In this document: one piece after another, positions 39,535 to 47,089 of the stretch
How positions within the stretch are numbered: the first letter of the stretch is position 1
Layout of the letters: every line of letters begins with the position of its first letter
Assembly: GCA_027062325.1 (NCBI GenBank)
Contig: JAMOTN010000023.1
Location: 1 to 47,089, forward strand
From: a bacterium
GTDB taxonomy: Bacteria > JAMOTN01
Direction: 5' to 3'
DNA: 47,089 bases
Notes under the pieces: model-generated
What the model was told of the DNA's origin: nothing
What the model saw: only the letters and a program-made list of their open reading frames with translations
Databases searched by the model: none
Program-made: the position numbers and the translations under genes

Positions 39535-41043
39535 CTATCCATTACCAACAGCTGCCCTTATCATCTTTCTAATTTTGCTTTTTACTTCCTCATCATTTGT
39601 CAATCTCAAAGCCTTCTTCCAATTGTCTACTGCTTTTTTAGCATTGCCTTTTCTCCAGTAGAAAAATCCTTTCCAGAAGTAATAATCCCATCCCCTAGAC
39701 ATACGCCCAGCAAATTTCAAAGTCACATAGGCATTATCCCAATCTTCCCTTGCCATAAAAATTTGAGCTGCGAGTAGCAGAGCCTTGTAATTGTTCTTCA
39801 CCTTAGACAAATTTGCCTTAAGTAAACGGTAAGCTTCGTCTAAATTTCCCAACTTATAGTATAATCGCGCTAAATTGTAAAGTGCTTCTACCATTTGTGG
39901 ATTTTGCAAATAAGCTTTGTAATACATCTTCATAGCCGTCTGATAATCATTAGTGAACTCCTCTGCAATTCCCAATAAGTTATAAGCTTCTGGAAAAATA
40001 GGCTTCAATCTTAAAGCATGCCTCAATTTATCTTTAGCCGTTATAAACATGCCCCTGTACACTTCTCCTTTCGCTTCCTCATAAAGACGCCGAGCCTCTT
40101 TGTAAGCATTGAGATTACTAGAAGAAAAAGCAGGAAGTGTAACCATTGCATAAGAAGATACACCAGTGTAATTCTTATTAACAACTAAATCTCTCGAACG
40201 ATCTATAACATAATCTTTTGAAGGAAGTTCATCTATTAACCCTGCCTCTTTCCAGGCAGCAAAATTGGACTCGTCTATCTTCTTAAATTTTTTGTAATAC
40301 TTAAGCACTCCAAAGCCATCTAAAAGGTTGTAAACTGCATTGTGCATCAAAACTTGCCTATAGGCTGCAGATAACCTCAACTCGGTGTAAGCAACTTTGA
40401 GATACTCTCTAACTTTATCAAGCTGCAGCTCCTCTGTAGAAAAATTTTCAACTGCTTTAATTAAAAGCTTCACTCCCTTCAAAAAAGCACCTTCCCTCTT
40501 CAAGACAATAGCTTTCAAAAAATCCTTGTATCTTTGTGGTAAATTTATAGAATTTATATACTTTCTAAATTCATCCGGTGAAGCCCTCTCCCCATTCCTT
40601 AAAGCCTTCAGAAAAATCTCAACATTACTTAGCTTGCTTCGTGAATTTTTATTTACACTTCTAGTATGTTTTGAAACAGGAGAATCTTTCCTCCTCTTAG
40701 ACCGAGAGGTAGTTTGAGCTGCACTTTCATTACCTTCCTTAAATCGGTTATACTCCTCCCTTATCTGAAGAGTTTGCCTTATCTGTTCTTCAAGATCTTC
40801 TATCTCTTTCTTTACCTTCAAAGCTGCTTCTAACTTTGGATTGTATTTAAGAGCTAGCTCTACATAATGTTTTGCTTTATCTATGTCGTATTTGAAGTAG
40901 AGGTAGTACTTTGCCATTTCAAGACACCATAGAGCATCCTGATAATTTGACGCAGCCTTGAGACCAAAACTAACTCCCATAATAAACACCAATAAAAATG
41001 CTAACCGTCTTACCAACCACCTCATAACACAAACCCTCATCAA
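39535..41043 (-). CDS. Exported tetratricopeptide-repeat protein
   Basis: Signal peptide; PEAYNLLG, EALYNLARLY, WKKAL TPR motifs. Confidence 0.85.
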   Translation of the reverse strand: MMRVCVMRWLVRRLAFLLVFIMGVSFGLKAASNYQDALWCLEMAKYYLYFKYDIDKAKHYVELALKYNPKLEAALKVKKEIEDLEEQIRQTLQIREEYNRFKEGNESAAQTTSRSKRRKDSPVSKHTRSVNKNSRSKLSNVEIFLKALRNGERASPDEFRKYINSINLPQRYKDFLKAIVLKREGAFLKGVKLLIKAVENFSTEELQLDKVREYLKVAYTELRLSAAYRQVLMHNAVYNLLDGFGVLKYYKKFKKIDESNFAAWKEAGLIDELPSKDYVIDRSRDLVVNKNYTGVSSYAMVTLPAFSSSNLNAYKEARRLYEEAKGEVYRGMFITAKDKLRHALRLKPIFPEAYNLLGIAEEFTNDYQTAMKMYYKAYLQNPQMVEALYNLARLYYKLGNLDEAYRLLKANLSKVKNNYKALLLAAQIFMAREDWDNAYVTLKFAGRMSRGWDYYFWKGFFYWRKGNAKKAVDNWKKALRLTNDEEVKSKIRKMIRAAVGNG

Positions 41044-41060
41044 ATCATCCTAAACCCCCA

Positions 41061-43937
41061 CTAAACATTTCTTCCACAACAATGTTTGTATTTCTTACCA
41101 CTTCCGCAGGGACACGGATCATTACGACCAACCTTGGGCTGCTTTCTTCTATAGGTTCCACTTCCCTGAGTTCCAGTTCTTGCTTGTGCCGCTCCCACAG
41201 CATTATACTCATTTTTAACTAACTTGACCTCTCTCTCCTTCTCTTCAACCTCTGCAACTTCTATTCTTAAAAGCGTAGAAGCTATATCTTCACGTAATCT
41301 CTCTATCATCTCATCAAACATGCGAGCTCCTTCAAGCTTATACTCCAACAGGGGATCTTTGGCTGCCAACCCCCTTAAACCAATTCCCTCCTGAAGTTCA
41401 TGCATATTTGTGAGGTGATTCTGCCAATGCCTATCTATCAAACTCAATATTACAAACTTTTCAAGATGAGGCCATATATCTGAATTCTTCTTAGTATTGT
41501 AAATTTCAAAGAGATGCTCTTTTAACCATTCCACTAATCCACCTTCAAACTCAACATTTACCTTTTTAAGCTCCTCAGGATCAACCCTTAAACCGAACAA
41601 AGTATAAACAGATGCAGCCAAAGCTTCAAAATCTGCAACTTCTGCCTCCTCAACATAACGATTAACCAAATTCTCCACAGTAAATTCAATAGCTCTTTTG
41701 ACATATTCTGTAGTATCTTCAGCCTCCAATATTTCTTTCCTTAGGCGATACAATGCCTGCCTCTGCTTGTTTAATACGTCATCATACTTCAAAAGGTGCT
41801 TCCTTATCTCAAAATTGTGATTTTCAACCCGCCGCTGCGCCGTCTCTATAGCACGAGTAACTAGTCCACTCTCAATCGGCTCCCCTTCCGGAATTCCCAG
41901 CCTATCCATTAAATTCTTCACCATGTCCCCTCCAAACAAACGCATAAGATCATCCTCTAAGGATAAGAAAAAGCGGCTTTTCCCTGGGTCTCCCTGCCTT
42001 CCACTTCTACCACGCAGCTGATCATCTATTCTGCGCGCTTCATGCCGTTCCGTCCCTATAACGTAAAGTCCACCTAATCTAACAGAGTGAATATAGGAAA
42101 CGAGTTTCAAAGAATCAGACTCAACCAAAGCCACATCTATATTACTCCTCGCAAAAGTATCAGGATCAAATTCTTTTTCAACAGAGAACTCTACTCCTTC
42201 ATTTTTAAGATTATCTGAAACGTAAACCAGCCAACTCTTAGGTAAAAACAGAGCAAAGTACTCTCCCTCTTTCTTTGAACTTAAAGCCTCTTTCAAAGTC
42301 TGAAGGCATTTTTCAATCTCCTGTGAAGTAGCTTTATCACCAAACTCACAAAGTACTTTCTCCTCATATTTCAAGATTATATCTGTTCCTCTACCAGCCA
42401 TATTTGTAGCTATGGTAACAGCAAACGGTCTTCCTGCTTCCTTTATTATCTGTGCCTCTTTCTCGTGATATTTTGCATTTAAAACTTGGCACGGCACTCC
42501 TTCTCTTTTTAGAATTGCAGCCAACCCTTCGCTGACTTCAATAGAGGTTGTTCCAACAAGCACAGGCTGTCCCCTGGAATAAGCTTTTTTTATCTCATCT
42601 ATGACAGCATGATATTTTTCACGTTTTGTTTTATAAACCACATCGGGTAAATCTTCTCTTATAACCGGTTTATTAGTTGGAATAACCACAACATCACAAC
42701 CGTATATCTCACCAAACTCACGAGCTTCAGAAGCAGCAGTTCCCGTCATTCCCGCAAGTTTTTTGTAGAGTCTAAAGTAATTTTGAAGACTTATGGTAGC
42801 AAGAACTCGATTTTCCGGATGGACTTCCACCCCCTCTTTTGCCTCAACAGCCTGATGTAAACCATCAGACCAACGCCTACCGTGCATCAATCGTCCTGTA
42901 AACTCATCAACTATTATTACCTCTCCATCTTTCACTACATAATCAACATCTCTTTTAAACAGGTGAAGTGCACGCAAAGCCTGAATCAAATAATGAACCA
43001 AATGATAATTCTCTGGATGATACAAACTTCCCTTCAAAACCTTACGCTGAGTCAAAAGCTCTTCTGCAAGTTTATAACCCTCTTCCGTTAAGTTAACTGC
43101 TTTGTGTTTCTCATCCAATTCAAAGTGAACACCTTTTTTAAAGTGCCTTGCAACAGACGCTATTATGTAGTAAATCTTAGTGTTACCTTCACTTGCACCT
43201 GAAATAATAAGAGGAGTACGAGCTTCATCAATCAATATACTGTCAACCTCATCAACTATGGCATACCAGTGCCCAGTTTGAACAATTTCATCAGGGTGCA
43301 TGGCCATATTGTCGCGTAGATAATCAAAACCAAACTCTGAGTTCATTCCGTAAACAATGTTACAACGATACGCTCTTTTCTTCTCTTCAAATCCCATTTC
43401 GTGAAGTATCACACCAACCGCAAATTCTTCTTCTCCTTCAGGAGCCAGAAAACGATAGATCTCTCCCATCCACTTAGCATCTCTTTTAGCTAGGTACTCG
43501 TTAACAGTAACAATATGAACAGGCCGGTAATCATCTGCAGAGTTCAATCTATTCATCAAGCCATTGAGATAGGCAGGAAGTGTCGCAACTAACGTTTTTC
43601 CCTCTCCAGTCTTCATTTCTATTATTTTTCCCTCATGGAGTGCAATTCCACCTGCAAGTTGAACATCAAAATGGCGCATCCCTAGAGTTCTCCTTGCCGC
43701 CTCCCTCACACACGCAAAAGCCTCAACGAGTATATCATCTAGAGACTCCCCACTCTTTAACCTCTCTCTAAACTCAACTGTTTTCTCCCTAAAGCGTCTA
43801 TCAGGCCACTTCTTTACCTCTTCTTCCAAAACATTAATCTTTTCTACAATTGAAAAGTAGCGTCTTAGCTGCCTTTCATTCCATGAGAAACGTTTAAAAA
43901 GTTCCTTTATCTTATCCCATATCCCCACGCCTATCAC
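41061..43937 (-). CDS. secA: Preprotein translocase ATPase SecA
   Basis: MKTGEGKT, DEVDSILIDEARTPLIIS, TNMAGRGTDI, QLRGRSGRQGDPG, SEC-C motif CPCGSGKKYKHCCG. Confidence 0.99.
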   Translation of the reverse strand: MIGVGIWDKIKELFKRFSWNERQLRRYFSIVEKINVLEEEVKKWPDRRFREKTVEFRERLKSGESLDDILVEAFACVREAARRTLGMRHFDVQLAGGIALHEGKIIEMKTGEGKTLVATLPAYLNGLMNRLNSADDYRPVHIVTVNEYLAKRDAKWMGEIYRFLAPEGEEEFAVGVILHEMGFEEKKRAYRCNIVYGMNSEFGFDYLRDNMAMHPDEIVQTGHWYAIVDEVDSILIDEARTPLIISGASEGNTKIYYIIASVARHFKKGVHFELDEKHKAVNLTEEGYKLAEELLTQRKVLKGSLYHPENYHLVHYLIQALRALHLFKRDVDYVVKDGEVIIVDEFTGRLMHGRRWSDGLHQAVEAKEGVEVHPENRVLATISLQNYFRLYKKLAGMTGTAASEAREFGEIYGCDVVVIPTNKPVIREDLPDVVYKTKREKYHAVIDEIKKAYSRGQPVLVGTTSIEVSEGLAAILKREGVPCQVLNAKYHEKEAQIIKEAGRPFAVTIATNMAGRGTDIILKYEEKVLCEFGDKATSQEIEKCLQTLKEALSSKKEGEYFALFLPKSWLVYVSDNLKNEGVEFSVEKEFDPDTFARSNIDVALVESDSLKLVSYIHSVRLGGLYVIGTERHEARRIDDQLRGRSGRQGDPGKSRFFLSLEDDLMRLFGGDMVKNLMDRLGIPEGEPIESGLVTRAIETAQRRVENHNFEIRKHLLKYDDVLNKQRQALYRLRKEILEAEDTTEYVKRAIEFTVENLVNRYVEEAEVADFEALAASVYTLFGLRVDPEELKKVNVEFEGGLVEWLKEHLFEIYNTKKNSDIWPHLEKFVILSLIDRHWQNHLTNMHELQEGIGLRGLAAKDPLLEYKLEGARMFDEMIERLREDIASTLLRIEVAEVEEKEREVKLVKNEYNAVGAAQARTGTQGSGTYRRKQPKVGRNDPCPCGSGKKYKHCCGRNV

Positions 43938-43990
43938 CCTCTCTTATCAAAAACTCAAAATCAACAATACAAAATAAACTCACATAAATT

Positions 43991-44020
43991 AAAAGAAGGG
44001 GCTGCCTTTCACAGCCCCCA
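43991..44020 (-). terminator. Intrinsic terminator after hpf-ptsN
   Basis: GGGGCTG-N7-CAGCCCC followed by TTCTTTT on the minus strand. Confidence 0.8.
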
Positions 44021-44071
44021 CTTTAAATTCACCCTTTAAATATCCCTAAAATAGCATTTTCTACTTGAAGC

Positions 44072-44521
44072 TCAGACACTCTCAAGTAAACCAACAATAT
44101 CTTTCACTTCCTTGACTTCACGCAATTTATTAACAATACCTTCAGTTTTTAAAAACTTTGAAAGCTGCGCAAGCAACTTTAAATACGCATGAGCCTGATC
44201 AGAAGGTGCAACTATTGCAAACACCAAGTCAACTTTTTGACCATCCACTGATCCAAAATCCACACCACTTTTCAACCTCATAAAACCAAGCGCTATGCGG
44301 TGGATCTTGCTCCCCTTACCATGAGGAATAGCTATACCATGCCCAACACCTGTTGTTCCTATTTCCTCACGAGAAAACATGACTTCTTTTATAACCTCTG
44401 GACTATCAGCCACATGCGCCTGATAAAAACGCCTAGCAAACCACTCTATTACTTCCCACTTGTCAGCTGCATCAAAATCAAGCTTTACAGCTTCGCTCAC
44501 TAAAAAATCTACTAACCTCAA
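44072..44521 (-). CDS. ptsN: PTS EIIA component (Ntr/Fru/Mtl family)
   Basis: RE..GTTGVGHGIAIPHG phospho-His motif; directly downstream of hpf. Confidence 0.85.
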   Translation of the reverse strand: MRLVDFLVSEAVKLDFDAADKWEVIEWFARRFYQAHVADSPEVIKEVMFSREEIGTTGVGHGIAIPHGKGSKIHRIALGFMRLKSGVDFGSVDGQKVDLVFAIVAPSDQAHAYLKLLAQLSKFLKTEGIVNKLREVKEVKDIVGLLESV

Positions 44522-45063
44522 GGCTCAACTACCCCCACTTTTCCATCGTGTCTCTTGTAAACAACATTAATTTTTCCAGTCTCGGCATTTCTAAAAACTA
44601 TGAACTGATGATGGCTCATTTTTAGTATATCAACAGCTTCATCTAAATACATTGGCTTACCACTGAGCTTCTGGAAAACTATCTCGTCCTCTTCGTATTC
44701 CTCATCAACCTCTATGAAATACCCACGTTCTTTTCTCTTCTGAGCTTCCTTACGAGATGCCTGGAACTCTTTTTCTCTCATCTTCTTAAGTTGCTTTTCT
44801 AACTTCTCATACACCAAATCGATTGCTGCATACAGATCAACTGCAGTCTCAGTAGCACGGGCAACTTTACCGCCACTCCAAACCGTGACATCAACCACAT
44901 GCTGTGTCTCCTTAGCTTTTGTCTTATCTACATGCATAACAACATGAATCTCCATTATTCTGTCCATATACTTAATAAGGCGCCCCAACTTCTTTTCAAT
45001 GTAGGATCTTATAGCATCTGTTACTTCGATGTTTTTTCCATCAATAGTGATTCTCACTTCCAC
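44518..45063 (-). CDS. hpf: Long-form ribosome hibernation promoting factor
   Basis: GKNIEVTDAIRSY, DLYAAID, C-terminal KPM..DEA, INVVYKR.DG. Confidence 0.95.
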   Translation of the reverse strand: MEVRITIDGKNIEVTDAIRSYIEKKLGRLIKYMDRIMEIHVVMHVDKTKAKETQHVVDVTVWSGGKVARATETAVDLYAAIDLVYEKLEKQLKKMREKEFQASRKEAQKRKERGYFIEVDEEYEEDEIVFQKLSGKPMYLDEAVDILKMSHHQFIVFRNAETGKINVVYKRHDGKVGVVEP

Positions 45064-45167
45064 CCACCTCCATGCAAGATTAAGTGATACGAAAATTATG
45101 TGGTCAAAACTTGGGCAATCTTAATTATATTCTAAACCCAATAAGCCAATAAAAGCAATAAACAAAA

Positions 45168-46205
45168 TCATAAAACTAAGGAAGTCAAAAAATCAACACA
45201 TCCGAAACTTCCCGGCTTCAATAACACAAACTTTTCATCAGAATCCATCAACAGCGAAATTCCTTCATCAACAGTGGCAACGTAGCTTAAATAGCCATTT
45301 TTTACTACAGACTCTGCTCCTTCCCCTCCAGACACAACCACCCAATCAGCAGAATCCAATGAATTCCTAGCACTCTTTGCTAGCCTCTTAGCGTATTCTT
45401 TAGTAGGCTCAAAATAGTAGTCTTCATTAATAGCCGCAGTAGAATAAAGCTCTATGTTTGTTTTGAACAAACTTCCAAAGGAGTAAATATAATTATTCTC
45501 CATCTTAAAAGTTCCCTTCATAACTCTCTGTAAGAAATCCATAACTTGCAGAGAAGCAGTCCGTGAGTAAGAGGTATTTATTAGGACAATTTTACCTCTC
45601 AACTTTAAAGCTGCTCTTTTCAAAACCCTTTTCCCCAGAAAAAAAGACAATACTGCAGACGTAGCTAGCACTACATCGTATTTATCAACTAATCGATGTA
45701 TTACATCATAACTGGAAACTTCCACTATATCCACACCACTAATAATATTGTCAGTTAGGACAATACTTCCAGTGTATTCTTTCTCGTAAGTCGTCCCCTC
45801 TATTCCTTTTCCATCTAAAATTATTCTTCCTTCACAAACATATCTACTTTTTTCAAAAAACTGAAAAAAACAGCCAACCTTCAATCCAGTTTTAGCATAA
45901 TAGTTTGCTATTTCAAACCAATTACCTCTAGCAAGCGAATCCACCTTAATATACCTTATATTAATATTTTGCTTCAAAAAAGCAGTTAGCACCCCTTCAA
46001 TACACTTACTAGAGGCAAACCTCAAAGGCAACGCAATTACAAGATGTTGAGAGAAATTTTTAACGTACCTCTTAAAAAATTCAGCTCTCTTTGCAAGAAA
46101 TTCATTAAGGGAATTCAAATCTCTTAAATAAACTATTTTATCCGCACCCTCTACTAAACTTGAAACATCGGAAGCTCCAGTTAAATCATCAGATAAAATC
46201 AGCAT
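45168..46205 (-). CDS. Four-carbon acid sugar kinase family (DUF1537), divergent
   Basis: SDDLTGA.D, KVDS..RGN, SGGE, KPGSFG. Confidence 0.75.
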   Translation of the reverse strand: MLILSDDLTGASDVSSLVEGADKIVYLRDLNSLNEFLAKRAEFFKRYVKNFSQHLVIALPLRFASSKCIEGVLTAFLKQNINIRYIKVDSLARGNWFEIANYYAKTGLKVGCFFQFFEKSRYVCEGRIILDGKGIEGTTYEKEYTGSIVLTDNIISGVDIVEVSSYDVIHRLVDKYDVVLATSAVLSFFLGKRVLKRAALKLRGKIVLINTSYSRTASLQVMDFLQRVMKGTFKMENNYIYSFGSLFKTNIELYSTAAINEDYYFEPTKEYAKRLAKSARNSLDSADWVVVSGGEGAESVVKNGYLSYVATVDEGISLLMDSDEKFVLLKPGSFGCVDFLTSLVL

Positions 46206-46250
46206 TTTCCCCCCTCCATATTAATAAATTTAACACAACCGAACCAATAC

Positions 46251-46277
46251 TAAAATTTTTCAATCGTTTGCCGAGAA
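46251..46277 (+). promoter_or_regulatory. sigma28 promoter of flagellin
   Basis: TAAA-N15-GCCGAGAA, one mismatch from consensus. Confidence 0.85.
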
Positions 46278-46431
46278 ATAAGTGGAAAGTAAAGGAGAAT
46301 ATTAAAACAGACTGAGGGCGATCAAAGATAAAAGTAGCACAAAATCAAAAGCAGGCAGGAGTGAAATTGTAAACAAGCTGAAAAGATAAAATTTCAAGTA
46401 GTGTAAGGAGGTGAATAAAATAACGTGCTTT

Positions 46432-46478
46432 GCGGTAAGCAGGGAGGCTTGCCGTAAAAATCAACACCAGGGAGGGTG
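46432..46478 (+). promoter_or_regulatory. Two CsrA-type hairpins in the flagellin leader
   Basis: GCGGTAAGC-AGGGAG-GCTTGCCGT and CACC-AGGGAG-GGTG have identical ANGGAN hexaloops; the second contains the SD. Confidence 0.75.
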
Positions 46479-46484
46479 GTTCGT

Positions 46485-47089
46485 ATGTTAGTAGTTAACC
46501 ACAATCTTACTGCCATTAACGCCAGGAGGCAGCTTAACACTGTAAATTCAAGACTTGCAAAAACTATGGAAAGGTTAGCTTCAGGTCTTCGTATTAATAG
46601 AGCAAGTGACGACGCAGCTGGTCTTTCAATGTCTGAGAAGCTAAGAAGTCAGATTGTCGGTCTTCAACAAGCTCAAAGAAACGCTCAGTACGGTATAAAG
46701 ATGTTTAATATCGCAGAAGGTGCCATGGGGCAAGTCCACGAAATCTTGCGCCGTATGAGAGAGCTTGCAGTTCAAGCAACCAATGATACTAATACTATGG
46801 AAGACAGGCAAGCACTCCAAGACGAGTTGGAACAGCTCACATCAGAGATCAACAGAATTTCCAGTACTACTGAGTACAACACTAAAAAGTTATTAGACGG
46901 TTCTATCGGTGGGAGAGTTCTTACCACCTCAGACGCTGCATTTAATCCCCTCGATGCAAGTGATGTTACCAAAGCAGGACGCTACAGCGTTAGTGTCGTT
47001 CAACAAGCAAAGAGAGCAGAAGTTACCTTCAACTCTACCGTTAAAGCATCTATCGCTGCTACTATTAAAATTAATGGTTATCTTGTTAA
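46485..47089 (+). CDS. fliC: Flagellin, partial (runs off the right edge)
   Basis: Not in ORF track; translated by hand as MLVVNHNLTAINARRQL...MERLASGLRINRASDDAAGL...RMRELAVQATNDTN...EYNTKKLLDGS. Confidence 0.97.
   Translation, partial: MLVVNHNLTAINARRQLNTVNSRLAKTMERLASGLRINRASDDAAGLSMSEKLRSQIVGLQQAQRNAQYGIKMFNIAEGAMGQVHEILRRMRELAVQATNDTNTMEDRQALQDELEQLTSEINRISSTTEYNTKKLLDGSIGGRVLTTSDAAFNPLDASDVTKAGRYSVSVVQQAKRAEVTFNSTVKASIAATIKINGYLV

Noticed and set aside
42076-42372. Intein in SecA
   Set aside because: No N-terminal Cys/Ser block or terminal His-Asn, and the site matches the known variable region.
46772-46972. Minus-strand 66-aa ORF
   Set aside because: Antisense shadow of flagellin.
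1-47089. CRISPR array, rRNA, IS element or alternative genetic code
   Set aside because: No regularly spaced repeats, rRNA or transposase motifs seen; TGA ends conserved genes at expected positions.

Overview
Bacterial chromosomal segment of lowish GC (judged by eye), from a flagellated organism with an outer membrane (secretin and beta-barrel genes). It is gene-dense and mostly minus-strand; I saw no phage, IS element or CRISPR array. Housekeeping genes: trxA, rpsA, ispH, tRNA-Pro(CGG), tmRNA, queH, ruvCAB, yebC, gpsA, plsY, secA, hpf, ptsN-like EIIA and a Mog/MoaB protein. Motility and surface genes: flgF, fliA, a partial flagellin, pilMNOPQ, a minor-pilin cluster, a PorV-like barrel with a lipoprotein, and a large partial Ig-like protein. 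The Ig-like protein and the flagellin are missing from the ORF track. Delta, gamma and beta subunits of a Na+-pumping decarboxylase are also present. Main observations: (1) five sigma28-type promoter motifs precede flagellin and flgF but also pilMNOPQ, the lipoprotein/PorV-like pair and the Ig-like protein, suggesting a FliA-controlled surface/secretion module; (2) a 16-bp anti-SD hairpin that only a sigma28-initiated transcript would escape; (3) ribosomal protein S1 with eight apparent S1 domains, in frame with ispH behind a single TGA; (4) a secreted protein with an antimicrobial/fusion-peptide-like N-terminus downstream of the minor pilins; (5) a His-less GAF pseudokinase paired with an anti-sigma factor; (6) a SecA insertion resembling an internal duplication. 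All calls come from motif recognition by eye, without database searches.
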